From: Pseudomonas aeruginosa
Lineage (GTDB): Bacteria; Pseudomonadota; Gammaproteobacteria; Pseudomonadales; Pseudomonadaceae
Length of the DNA stretch: 32,000 bases
NCBI RefSeq assembly: GCF_001457615.1
Contig: NZ_LN831024.1
Location: forward strand, 750,001 to 782,000
Direction of reading: 5' to 3'
Shown here: positions 20,053 to 29,506 of the stretch, one piece after another
How positions within the stretch are numbered: position 1 is the stretch's first letter
Layout: every line of letters begins with the position of its first letter
Made by a program: the position numbers and the translations under genes
The notes under the pieces: model-generated
Database searches by the model: none
What the model was told of the DNA's origin: nothing
The model's input: the letters and a program-made list of their open reading frames with translations, nothing else

Positions 20053-20697
20053 TCACGGTTGCAGGTAGCGGTGCTTCCAGCCTCCTTCGTCGCGGTCGTA
20101 GCGCAGGCGCTCGTGCAGCCGCTCGGTGCCGTTGCCCCAGAACTCCACCGACTCCAGGCACAGTTCGAACAGGCAGTAGCCCGGCGGGCGCGGCAGCGGG
20201 CCGTCGGTTTCCGCCAGGCGCCGGGCTTCGGCGCGCAGGGCGTGGATGTCGGCGAGGGTTTCGCTCTGCCGCGAGGCGATCGACATCGGGTGGGTCTGGT
20301 ACGGGCGGCTCAGCCACTGGGCGTCGGCGCGCTCGTCGGGCAGGCGTTCGGCGCGGCCGTTGAGGATGATCTGCTGGCTGCTCTCGCGCCAGTACAGCAC
20401 CCCCGAGGCCCAGGGGTTCTGCGCCAGTTCGCGGCCCTTCTGGCTATCGGCGTGGGTGGCGAACACCACCCCGCGCTCGCCCAGCTCGGCGATCACCACG
20501 ATCCGCGTCGACGGCCGGCCCTGCCCGTCGACCGTGGCCAGGGCCAGTGCCCGCGGCTCGCGCACGCCATAGCGGCGGGCGCGTTCCAGCCAGTTGCGCA
20601 GCACCTCCATGGGGTTCGCCGGCGGCGCCTCGAACTCCGGGAAAGGGGCTTCGATGGTCCCGGTGAGGGACTCGGAAATGTTCGCGTTGACGCCCAT
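20053..20697 (-). CDS. phzG1: PhzG1, FMN-dependent phenazine oxidase (PNPOx family)
   Basis: 214 aa, [68 protein letters not shown]...; a GTG one codon upstream (20700) is also possible. Confidence 0.95.
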   Translation of the reverse strand: MGVNANISESLTGTIEAPFPEFEAPPANPMEVLRNWLERARRYGVREPRALALATVDGQGRPSTRIVVIAELGERGVVFATHADSQKGRELAQNPWASGVLYWRESSQQIILNGRAERLPDERADAQWLSRPYQTHPMSIASRQSETLADIHALRAEARRLAETDGPLPRPPGYCLFELCLESVEFWGNGTERLHERLRYDRDEGGWKHRYLQP

Positions 20698-20722
20698 CAC
20701 GGCGTTCCTCCGTTCTGCCCGT

Positions 20723-21559
20723 TCACAGGTAGGCCCGGCCTTCGGCGAAGGCCGCGCCGTTGCCCGACACTTCCACCGCCGAGACCCGCTCGCCGGCGCC
20801 CTCGGCGCGGGCGTACATGCGCGACGGCCGGCCGATCTCGACGCCCTGGAGGATCTCGATCTGCTGCCCGTAGGGAATCTGCCGGTGGCGCGCCAGGTGG
20901 ATCGCCAGCGGCCCGGCGGCGGAGCCGGTGGCGGCGTCCTCGACCACGCCGTAGGCCGGCGAGAACATGCGGCTGCGCCAGTGCCGCCCGGCGCCGGCGA
21001 AGCAGTTCACCGCCAGGTCCGGGAAGTCGCACAGCGCGCGGTGGTCGGGGTGCAGCGCGGACAGCGCGGCGACGCTCTCCAGGCCGACGAACACGTGGCG
21101 CGGGCCGTTGCGGTAGACCTCGATGGGAAAGGTCGAGCCCTTCAGGCCGAGGGCGGCGAGCAGCTCGGCCGGGCGGCTGAAGTGCTCCCAGGTGGGGATC
21201 GGCTGCTGCATGCTGCAGGCCACCACCTTGCCGTCCTGGCGCTCCAGGGCGAAGGGCACGGTGCCCATCCTGGTCTCCAGGAACAGCCTGTCCTTGTCGG
21301 TCTCGGCGCCCAGGGCGATGGCGGTGCCCAGCAGCGGGTGGCCGGCGAACGGCAGTTCGTTGACCGGGGTGAAGATGCGGATGCGCGCGTCGCCGTCCTG
21401 TTGCGGGCGGAGCACGAAGGTGCTCTCCGACAGGTTCATCTCCCGCGCCATGCGCTGCATGCGCTCGCCGCTGAGGTCGTCGCAGTCGAAGAACACCGCC
21501 ACCGGGTTGCCTTGCAGCGGTTCGCTGGCGAAGGCGTCTATCACGACATATCTGTGCAT
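20723..21559 (-). CDS. phzF1: PhzF1, trans-2,3-dihydro-3-hydroxyanthranilate isomerase (DapF-like fold)
   Basis: 278 aa, [49 protein letters not shown]... Confidence 0.97.
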   Translation of the reverse strand: MHRYVVIDAFASEPLQGNPVAVFFDCDDLSGERMQRMAREMNLSESTFVLRPQQDGDARIRIFTPVNELPFAGHPLLGTAIALGAETDKDRLFLETRMGTVPFALERQDGKVVACSMQQPIPTWEHFSRPAELLAALGLKGSTFPIEVYRNGPRHVFVGLESVAALSALHPDHRALCDFPDLAVNCFAGAGRHWRSRMFSPAYGVVEDAATGSAAGPLAIHLARHRQIPYGQQIEILQGVEIGRPSRMYARAEGAGERVSAVEVSGNGAAFAEGRAYL

Positions 21560-21572
21560 GGGCTCTCCTGGC

Positions 21573-23456
21573 TCAGGGCCGCCGCTCGACCAGCGCGTGG
21601 CGCAGCAGGTCGGCGATGATGCGCGGACCCTCGCGGGTCAGCACCGATTCGGGGTGGAATTGCATGGAGGCGAAGCGCGGCCCGCGCAGGGCATGGACCT
21701 CGCCGGTCTCGCGGTCGCGGCTGATCTCGATCGGGCCGACCTCGGGAATCTCGATGCGGTCCTGCAAGGCGCGCGCGGCGAAGGTGTTGTAGAAGCCGAC
21801 GCGCTCGGCGGCGCCGAACAGGTCGATCTGTTTCTGCACGCCCTGGTTGGGCTCCTGCCGGCGTTGCAGGTCCAGGCCCAGGCACAGGCTCAGCACCTGG
21901 TGGCTCAGGCACACGGCGAGGAACGGCCGGCGCTCGCTGAGCAGCGAACGGATGGCCAGGTGCAGGTGGCCGATCTTCGGCTGGCCGATCTCGGTGGGGT
22001 TGCCCGGGCCGGGGCCCATGATCACCAGGTCGTAGCCGTCGAACGAGTACGGCTCCTGGAAGCCGCGCACGGTCACCGTCAGGCCCAGCGACTTGAGCTG
22101 CTTGGCGATCATCGAGGTGAAGGTGTCCTCGGCATCGACGATCAGCACCTCGCGTCCGGACAGGTCGGCCTGCAACTGCTGGCGCTCGCTGGCGCCGCGC
22201 AGCCAGAAGTCGGCGATCGGCGCGTTGCGGCTGGCCAGCGCCGCCACCACGTGCGGGTGCGAGCCCAGGCGCTGCGGCGCCTGGCTCTTCAGCGCGGCGA
22301 TCAGCCCGGAAGCCTTGGCCCGGCTTTCCGCCGCCTCGCCCAGGGGATCGGAGTGACGCACGATGGTCGAGCCGACGCCGATGCGCAGGCGGCCGTCGCC
22401 CTCGATCTCGGCGGTGCGGATCAGGATCGCCGAGTCCAGCGTGCGCCCGCCCTGGCCGTCACCGCCGATCAGCGCCGCCACCCCGCTGTAGTAGCCGCGA
22501 CCCTGCGGCTCGTAGCGGCGGATCACCCGGCAGGCGCTTTCCAGCGGGCTGCCGGTGACGGTCGGGGCGAACAGCGTCTCGCGCAGCACCTCGCGCACGT
22601 CGCGGCTGGTCTGGCCCTCGATGAAGTACTCGGTGTGCGCCAGGTGCGCCATCTCCTTGAGGTAGGGACCGAGCACCCGGCCGCCGTCCTCGCAGATCCG
22701 CGCCATCATCTTCAGTTCCTCGTCCACCACCATGTACAGCTCGTCGGCTTCCTTGCGGTTGTCGAGGAATTCCATGACCTCGGCCAGGTTCGGCCCGGCC
22801 GGCGGGTAGCGGTAGGTGCCGCTGATCGGGTTCATCACCGCCAGGCCGTCGCGCACGCTGATGTGTCGCTCGGGCGAGGCGCCGACCAGGGTGCGTTCGC
22901 CGGTGTGGACGATGAAGGTCCAGTAGGCGCCCTTCTCGCGCAGCAGCAACTGGCGGAAGAAACTCAGCGCGCTGGCCGTGGCGTAGCCGTCGATGCGCGC
23001 CTGGAAGCGCCGCTTGATCACGAAGTTGGCGCCTTCGCCGCGACCGATCTCGTCGGCGATGACCCGCCCGACCACTTCGGCGTAGGCCTCGTCGTCGAGG
23101 TCGAAACCTTCCTCGCTCAGTTCCAGCGCCTGGTTCGGCAGCATCGCCAGGGCCTGCTCCAGCGGCAGCAGTTCCTGCTCCAGGACCTTCAGCGCCAGCA
23201 GCGGCGTGCCGTCGTCGAGCGCCTCGAAGCCGCGCTCGGCGATCTGCCGGTAGGGAATCAGCGCCAGCAGGTCATGGCGCGGCAGGCCCGGGCCGGGCTC
23301 GTCCAGCGGCAGGTCGGCCAGGCCGTGCAGTTCGAGCGCCTCGCCGCGGATCACGTCGAGCAGGCCCGGGCCATTGCTTTCCGGGCGGTAGAGCAAGGCG
23401 AACGGCGCCGGCCGTTCGAGCAGGCGCTGCAACAGCGATGTGGGCAGGGCGTTCAT
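21573..23456 (-). CDS. phzE1: PhzE1, 2-amino-2-deoxyisochorismate synthase (anthranilate-synthase-like with GATase domain)
   Basis: 627 aa from [27 protein letters not shown]..., GATase motif [13 protein letters not shown]; ATGA overlap with the phzD1 stop (23453-23456). Confidence 0.96.
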   Translation of the reverse strand: MNALPTSLLQRLLERPAPFALLYRPESNGPGLLDVIRGEALELHGLADLPLDEPGPGLPRHDLLALIPYRQIAERGFEALDDGTPLLALKVLEQELLPLEQALAMLPNQALELSEEGFDLDDEAYAEVVGRVIADEIGRGEGANFVIKRRFQARIDGYATASALSFFRQLLLREKGAYWTFIVHTGERTLVGASPERHISVRDGLAVMNPISGTYRYPPAGPNLAEVMEFLDNRKEADELYMVVDEELKMMARICEDGGRVLGPYLKEMAHLAHTEYFIEGQTSRDVREVLRETLFAPTVTGSPLESACRVIRRYEPQGRGYYSGVAALIGGDGQGGRTLDSAILIRTAEIEGDGRLRIGVGSTIVRHSDPLGEAAESRAKASGLIAALKSQAPQRLGSHPHVVAALASRNAPIADFWLRGASERQQLQADLSGREVLIVDAEDTFTSMIAKQLKSLGLTVTVRGFQEPYSFDGYDLVIMGPGPGNPTEIGQPKIGHLHLAIRSLLSERRPFLAVCLSHQVLSLCLGLDLQRRQEPNQGVQKQIDLFGAAERVGFYNTFAARALQDRIEIPEVGPIEISRDRETGEVHALRGPRFASMQFHPESVLTREGPRIIADLLRHALVERRP

Positions 23457-24075
23457 TCCAGCACCTCGTCGGTGGTGACCACCATCGCGCAGCGGCTGGC
23501 GGCGTATTCCAGGGCCATGCGGTGGTGCGCCTCGCTGAAGTCGGCGATGGCGTCGGCCACCAGGAACGGCTGGATGTCGTTGGAGTAGGCGTCGACCGTG
23601 GAGATCAGCACCCCGACGTGGGCATATACGCCGCACAGCACCAACTGGTCGCGGCCGGCGGCGCGCATCCGCTGGAGCAGGTCGGAGTGGAAGAAGGCGC
23701 TGTAGCGCCACTTGGTCAGCAGCCAGTCGTCCGGCCCCGGCGCCAGCTCCTCGACCACTTCGCGGTCGGCCGGACTGGCGCGCATGCCCGGCCCCAGAAG
23801 TCCTTGAGCAGGCCGCGCTGCTCCTCGGTCATGCTGCCCGGCTGGGCGGTGTAGGCGATCTGCACGCCCTGCTCGACGCACCAGCGGCGCAGCCGCGCGG
23901 CGTTGGCCACCAGCCCGGCGCGCAGGCTCTCGGGCAGCGGGCGCAGGAAGTAGCGCTGCATGTCGTGCACCAGCAGCACCGCGCGCCGCGGCTCCAGGCT
24001 CCAGCGCGCCAGGTTGGCCGGCAGCTGCTGGGCGGTCGGCAAGGGATAGGCGGTGATTTCGGGAATGCCGCTCAT
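23453..24075 (-). pseudogene. phzD1: PhzD1 isochorismatase reading frame interrupted by an apparent 1-nt deletion (frameshift near 23787-23793)
   Basis: The N-terminal 95 codons [17 protein letters not shown]...GLLKDFWG (24075 down to 23791) lie in one frame, which then runs [12 protein letters not shown]... to a stop at 23716. The C-terminal part [33 protein letters not shown]...VVTTDEVLE lies in the next frame and ends at 23453. Total span is 623 nt, not a multiple of 3; an intact 207-codon gene plus stop needs 624. Confidence 0.8.
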
Positions 24076-25289
24076 GCCACGGTCTCCAGGGGGAAGGTTG
24101 CGCTCGGGATCGCTTCTGCGCCGGACCAGGCCATCACCGCGCTGAGCGCCTGCCAGGGGTTCAGCCGCGGATCGCAGAGGCTGGTGTAGTGCCGGCTGAC
24201 CTGGTGCAGGCCGCTGGAATCGGCGACGCACTCGGTGACGTCGTCCGGGGTGGTCTCCAGGTGCAGCCCGGCGGCCACGCCGCCGGAGCCGGACACCGCC
24301 AGGCGGAACGCCGCCACCTCCTCGGCGATGCTGCGCACCAGGCGGGTCTTGTTGCCGCAGGGCGCGACGATGGTGTTGCCGTGCATCGGGTCGCTCAGCC
24401 AGATCACCGGGTGCCCGGCCGCGCGCACCGCCTCCACCAGCGGCGGCAGGCGCTCGCCGACCTTCTGCGCGCCCATCCGCGCGATCAGCGTCAGGCGCCC
24501 CGGCTCGCGGCGCGGGTCGAGGCGCTCGCAGAGCGCCAGCAACTGGTCGCGGCCGATCTCCGGGCCGACCTTGCAGGCCACCGGGTTGAGCACCTCGGCC
24601 AGCAGCGCCACATGGGCGCCGTCGACCTGGCGGGTGCGCTCGCCGATCCACGGCCAGTGGGTCGAACCGAGATAGACCCGGCGCTGCTCGTCCTCGCGCA
24701 GCATCGACAGCTCGTAGTCGAGCAGCAGCATCTCGTGGCTGGTCCAGACCGGCGAGGCATTCGCCTCCTGCCCGGACGCGGCGTCCCAGCCCAGGTGGCG
24801 CATGATGTTGCGCGCCGCCGCATAGCCCTTGAGGATCCGCTGCGGATCGGCCCGGCGCTGCTCGGCATGGGCCTCGCGGCCGTTGACCATGTCGCCGCGA
24901 TAGACCGGCAGGGTCTGCTCGCCGACCTGCTCGTGCGGCTTGGAACGCGGCTTGGCGTACTGCCCGGCGATGCGCCCGACGCGGATCACCGGCCGCCGGC
25001 CGGCCAGGCGCAGGGCGCCGGCCAGCAGTTCCAGCACGGCGGCCTTGCGCGCCACGTTCTCGGCATGGTGGTCGTCCATGTCCTCGGCGCAGTCGCCGCA
25101 CTGCACCACCAGCGCCTCGCCGCGGGCGACCCGCGCCAGGGTCGCGCGCAGGGCCAGGATGTCGCCGGCGCGGATCAGCGCCGGACTGCCGCGCAGGTAC
25201 GCCTGCACGTCGCGCAGGCGCGACGGATCGCCCCATTCGGGTTGCTGCAGCGCTTCGCAGCGCCGTACGCGTTGCAATAGATCGTCCAT
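24072..25289 (-). CDS. phzC1: PhzC1, type II DAHP synthase
   Basis: 405 aa from [34 protein letters not shown]..., class II DAHP synthase motifs ([27 protein letters not shown]). Confidence 0.96.
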
Positions 25290-25324
25290 GGTGGGTCCCC
25301 CTTCGGCAGGAGATATCGTTTCGA

Positions 25325-25813
25325 TCAAGTGGGAATGCCTTCGCGTTTTATTTCCGGGACCGGAATGCTCAAGGCGCGCAATTGCTGGAAGACGTTCATG
25401 AATTCGCGGTTGCGCTTGATCTTGCCGTCTTCAAGTTCGAAGGAATGCAGGAAGTGGTTTTCGTAATAACCTTCGGGATATCCGGGGAAAAGAATCTTGC
25501 CGTGACCGTCGCATTCGACCCAGAAATGATTGGGGTCGTCGGTTCCGAATATATTTATGTTGTACCACTCCCAATCGGGAAAGCACTTCAATGACCAGAC
25601 GGCATGTTCCGCAAGTTTGTCTTTGCCACGAATGACGATGGGCGAGCCGGTATCGGTGGTCCATAAACCGCCACAGCCGTCCTCGACGAAAAGTTCATGG
25701 CGGCGCAGGCGATCCTGGCCTTTGGTATTCATGTACTTCTCGACGGTGGCGCGATTCTTTTCGCGAAGTTCGTTGGCATCGGTGAAACCGATTGGATTTG
25801 TCGTATCAGGCAT
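25325..25813 (-). CDS. phzB1: PhzB1, phenazine biosynthesis (SnoaL/NTF2-like)
   Basis: 162 aa from [58 protein letters not shown]..., paralogue of the adjacent PhzA1. Confidence 0.95.
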
Positions 25814-25842
25814 CGTCAATGCTCCTTGGCGGTAGATGTCAT

Positions 25843-26331
25843 TCAAGTGGGAATACCGTCACGTTTTATTTGCGGAACGGCTATTCCCAATGCACGCAGT
25901 TTCTGTATCGGGTTCATGAACTCGCGATTACGTTTTATCCGGCCGTTCTCGAGTTCGAAGGAATGGATGTAGTGGTTCTCGCAATAGCCCTGCGGATACC
26001 CCGGGACCAGCGCCTTGCCGCGCCCGTCGCACTCGACCCAGAAGTGGTTCGGATCCTCGGTCTCGAAGATCCGCACGTTGTGCCACTCCCAGTCGGGGAA
26101 GCAGCGCTCGAGCCACTCGGCGAGCCGCCTGAGGCTCTCATGGCCCCGGAAAACCAGGGGTTCGCCGCTTTCCGTGGTCCAGTTGCCGGCGCAGCCGTCC
26201 TCGACGAACAGGCTGTGCCGCTGTAACCGTTCGGCCCCCTTCATTGCCATGTAGCGCTCCACCGTGGCGCGATTCAGGCGCCGCAGACGCTCGATGTCGA
26301 GGGGTGTTTCCCTGTACCGCTGACCGTTCAT
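25843..26331 (-). CDS. phzA1: PhzA1, phenazine biosynthesis (SnoaL/NTF2-like)
   Basis: 162 aa from MNGQRYRETPLDIERLRRLNRATVERYMAMKGAERLQRHSLFVEDGCAGNWTTESGEP..., with a GGAGG Shine-Dalgarno in CTCGGAGGCGGCGCATG. Confidence 0.95.
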   Translation of the reverse strand: MNGQRYRETPLDIERLRRLNRATVERYMAMKGAERLQRHSLFVEDGCAGNWTTESGEPLVFRGHESLRRLAEWLERCFPDWEWHNVRIFETEDPNHFWVECDGRGKALVPGYPQGYCENHYIHSFELENGRIKRNREFMNPIQKLRALGIAVPQIKRDGIPT

Positions 26332-26674
26332 GCGCCGCCTCCGAGAGGGCTCTGCAGGTATGCCGGAGAAACTTTTCCCTCGCGGCATCGGTTATTCGCT
26401 GGCGCGCAGGAGTTCGTCGCTCGGTAAGGGAGCGATATTCGCTGGGCGCATTGTTTATACGTAGGGTGAAATTTCGCGTTACATATGTTCGCCTGTCGTT
26501 TCCAATTTTCGAAAGGCAATAGGAGTTTCATCCCGGGTTTCTTTTGGAAACCTGTCGGTAATGGATTCGCAATGCTTTCGTTAAGGTGCGACAGACGAGG
26601 TCGCGAAGACTTTCAGCGTCATTCCGTGAAGTGTTTCAAATAGCCAGCATCCCTGGTCGCTGATGTGGATTGCA

Positions 26675-26680
26675 TAAAAC
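26675..26680 (-). promoter_or_regulatory. Candidate -10 hexamer (TTTTAT) for the phz1 promoter
   Basis: Spacing from the lux-type box centre (26711.5) would put transcription start near 26669, as expected for a LuxR-type box overlapping the -35 region. Confidence 0.4.
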
Positions 26681-26701
26681 ACAGAACGCTCGTACCGGCT
26701 C

Positions 26702-26721
26702 AACTACAAGATCTGGTAGGT
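26702..26721 (-). promoter_or_regulatory. las/rhl (lux-type) box of the phzA1 promoter
   Basis: - strand ACCTACCAGATCTTGTAGTT, a 20-bp element with CTACaagatctgGTAG dyad symmetry, about 370 bp upstream of phzA1. Confidence 0.85.
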
Positions 26722-27027
26722 GCCAGACAGGGTATGCGGGATTGCTAAGCTGATGCTTCCTGCAATGCCGGAGGTTGTAGCCAAGTTGTAATTTTATTCT
26801 TTCGGTACGCAGGAAAAGGCTCTGGAACAGGCAGTTGGAAAGTTCCAGGGTTGTTTCCGCAACGAGATCCAGGGAGCGCTGATCCGGGGGATGAGCGCAT
26901 TTTTTCTCAAAGTTCCGAATGAACCGGGGTGTTCTGCGGTATTTCTCGCCGAGCGGGCAAGAAGTGCGAAATAGAGCGCTTGGGTACTTCTCGGGTTACG
27001 GAAATGTGTAACGAGAGAGAATAAAAG

Positions 27028-28032
27028 ATGAATAATTCGAATCTTGCTGCTGCGCGTAATTTGATACAAGTTGTTACCGGGGAATGGAAGTCCCGTTGCG
27101 TCTACGTCGCTACGCGCCTCGGGCTGGCCGATCTGATCGAGAGCGGGATCGACAGCGACGAGACGCTGGCCGCCGCGGTCGGTTCCGATGCCGAGCGCAT
27201 CCATCGACTGATGCGCCTGCTGGTGGCCTTCGAGATCTTCCAGGGCGATACCCGCGACGGCTACGCCAATACCCCCACCAGCCACCTGCTGAGGGATGTC
27301 GAGGGCTCCTTCCGCGACATGGTGCTGTTCTACGGCGAGGAGTTCCACGCCGCCTGGACGCCCGCCTGCGAGGCGCTGCTCAGCGGTACCCCAGGCTTCG
27401 AGCTGGCGTTCGGCGAAGACTTCTACAGCTACCTGAAGCGCTGCCCGGATGCCGGCCGGCGCTTCCTGCTGGCGATGAAGGCGAGCAACCTGGCCTTCCA
27501 CGAGATCCCCAGGCTCCTGGATTTCCGCGGGCGTAGCTTCGTCGACGTCGGTGGCGGTTCCGGCGAATTGACCAAGACCATCCTGCAGGCCGAGCCCAGC
27601 GCCCGGGGCGTGATGCTCGACCGCGAGGGTTCCCTCGGCGTGGCCCGCGACAACCTCTCCAGCCTGTTGGCAGGGGAGCGCGTCAGCCTGGTGGGCGGCG
27701 ACATGCTGCAAGAGGTGCCGTCCAACGGCGATATCTACCTGCTGTCGCGGATCATCGGCGATCTGGACGAAGCCGCCAGCCTGCGGTTGCTCGGCAATTG
27801 CCGCGAGGCGATGGCCGGCGACGGCCGGGTGGTGGTGATCGAGCGGACCATCTCGGCCAGCGAGCCGTCGCCGATGTCGGTGCTCTGGGACGTGCACCTG
27901 TTCATGGCCTGCGCTGGCCGTCACCGCACCACCGAGGAGGTGGTCGACCTGCTCGGGCGCGGCGGCTTCGCGGTGGAGCGGATCGTCGACCTGCCGATGG
28001 AAACCCGCATGATCGTCGCTGCCAGGGCCTGA
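27028..28032 (+). CDS. phzM: PhzM, phenazine-1-carboxylate N-methyltransferase
   Basis: 334 aa MNNSNLAAARNLIQVVTGEWKSRCVYVATRLGLADLIESG..., with SAM-binding FVDVGGGSGELTKTIL. Confidence 0.97.
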   Translation: MNNSNLAAARNLIQVVTGEWKSRCVYVATRLGLADLIESGIDSDETLAAAVGSDAERIHRLMRLLVAFEIFQGDTRDGYANTPTSHLLRDVEGSFRDMVLFYGEEFHAAWTPACEALLSGTPGFELAFGEDFYSYLKRCPDAGRRFLLAMKASNLAFHEIPRLLDFRGRSFVDVGGGSGELTKTILQAEPSARGVMLDREGSLGVARDNLSSLLAGERVSLVGGDMLQEVPSNGDIYLLSRIIGDLDEAASLRLLGNCREAMAGDGRVVVIERTISASEPSPMSVLWDVHLFMACAGRHRTTEEVVDLLGRGGFAVERIVDLPMETRMIVAARA

Positions 28033-28042
28033 ATCGGAACTT

Positions 28043-29506
28043 TCAACGGTTGGCCCCGGCGGTTTCGCCGGCGGCCAGTTGGCCGGCGCCCGGCGCCAGG
28101 TCGCCGCTGCCCCAGCCGAGCGCCTTGTAGAGCGCGATGACGTTGACGAACGAGGCGGTCTCCGCCTGCGCCAGTTCCTCGCGGATCTGGTACAGCGCGC
28201 GCTGGTTCTCCAGCACCGCCAGGTAGCTGCCGGCGCCGGCGCGGTAGCGTTCGTTGGCGATCTCCAGGGCGTTCGCGCCATGGGTCGCGGACTGGAACAG
28301 GGCGACCAGCCGACGCTGGTGTTCGGCCAGTTGGTTGAGCGCGTTGCCGACGTCCTCCTGGGCCAGCAGCAGGGAGCGCTGGTAGCGCGCCAGCGCGGCG
28401 TCGGACTGCGCCTCGACGGCGCGCAGGCGGGCCCGCACGTTGCCCAGGCGGAACGCCGGCCAACTGACGCTGGGCGCCAGTTCGAAGGCGCGCGAGGCGC
28501 TGCCGAGGTCGCCGCTGCGCAGGGCGAAGAAACCGATGAAGCCACCCAGGTCGAGGCGCGGATAGAGTTCGGCGGTGGCCGCGCCGACGTCTTCGGTGCT
28601 CGCTGCCAGTTGCCGCTCGGCGCTGACTACGTCGGGGCGCTGGAGGATCAGGCGGTCGACGTCGCCCAGCGGCAGGTTCTTAGCCAATGGCGCGGCGGCG
28701 GCGCCGTCGAGGATCGGCGCGCCGCTGCCGGGTGCCTCGCCGCGCAGCACGTCGAGGCGATAGCGGGCGCTCTCCAGCGCGGTCGTCAGTGGCGGAATCG
28801 CCGCTTCGCTGCGCAGCAGGTTGGCCTGGGCGTTCTCCACGTCCTCCGGCAGGCCGCTGCCCAGTTGCAGGCTGCTGCGGGTCAGCTCCAGGGTGTCGCG
28901 CCAACTGCGCACCTGGGCGCGCGCCACGTCCAGCCGGCGCTGGTAGCCCTGGATCTCGAAGTAGGCGCGGGCGGTGTCGGCGGCGATGCTCAGGCGTACC
29001 AGCCGGAGGTCGGCGTCGGCCGCTTCGGCGCGGGCCAGGGCGGCGTCGGAAAGTCGGCCGAGGCGGCCGAACAGGTCGATTTCCCACTGCGCGTCGAAGC
29101 CGGCGCGGTAGCTCTCCGCCAGGCGCCGGCGCGGCTCGCCGTCGTAGTCCAGCTGTTGTTCGATGCTGCGGCTGTAGCCGGCCTGGCTGGTGACCTGCGG
29201 CAACTGGTCGAGCCAGCGGTCGTCGAACAGCGCGCGGGCGCTGCGCAGGTTGGCGCGGGCCTCGCGGATGTCATGGTTGCGCGCCAGCGCCTGGTCGACC
29301 AGGCGCACCAGTTGCGGATCGTCGAAGAAACTCCACCAGGGCGCTTCCCGCCGCTCGCCGGAGAACTCGCCGAGGTGCTCGCTGGCGACGCGTGGCGGCG
29401 GCGACTGCGGACGCTGGTAGTCGGGGCCGACGCTGCAGGCGGCCAGGCCGGTGCCGACCGCCAGGGCCAGCGCCAGGCGCGAAAGGTTCGGGTAGGAGCG
29501 CTTCAT
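28043..29506 (-). CDS. opmD: OpmD, RND outer membrane lipoprotein channel of MexGHI-OpmD
   Basis: 487 aa from MKRSYPNLSRLALALAVGTGLAACSVGPDYQRPQ..., lipobox LAAC; 4-nt overlap with the mexI stop. Confidence 0.95.
   Translation of the reverse strand: MKRSYPNLSRLALALAVGTGLAACSVGPDYQRPQSPPPRVASEHLGEFSGERREAPWWSFFDDPQLVRLVDQALARNHDIREARANLRSARALFDDRWLDQLPQVTSQAGYSRSIEQQLDYDGEPRRRLAESYRAGFDAQWEIDLFGRLGRLSDAALARAEAADADLRLVRLSIAADTARAYFEIQGYQRRLDVARAQVRSWRDTLELTRSSLQLGSGLPEDVENAQANLLRSEAAIPPLTTALESARYRLDVLRGEAPGSGAPILDGAAAAPLAKNLPLGDVDRLILQRPDVVSAERQLAASTEDVGAATAELYPRLDLGGFIGFFALRSGDLGSASRAFELAPSVSWPAFRLGNVRARLRAVEAQSDAALARYQRSLLLAQEDVGNALNQLAEHQRRLVALFQSATHGANALEIANERYRAGAGSYLAVLENQRALYQIREELAQAETASFVNVIALYKALGWGSGDLAPGAGQLAAGETAGANR

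Noticed and set aside
21123-23588. 821-aa + strand ORF opposite phzE1/phzF1
   Set aside because: Antisense shadow with compositional bias; phzE1 and phzF1 on the - strand are unambiguous.
23716-25236. 506-aa - strand ORF treated as a single gene
   Set aside because: It is an out-of-frame reading of phzC1 fused to the N-terminal part of PhzD1; only the last 119 codons are real PhzD sequence.
26794-28545. 583-aa - strand ORF covering phzM
   Set aside because: Antisense to the well-supported PhzM methyltransferase, with no recognisable motifs.
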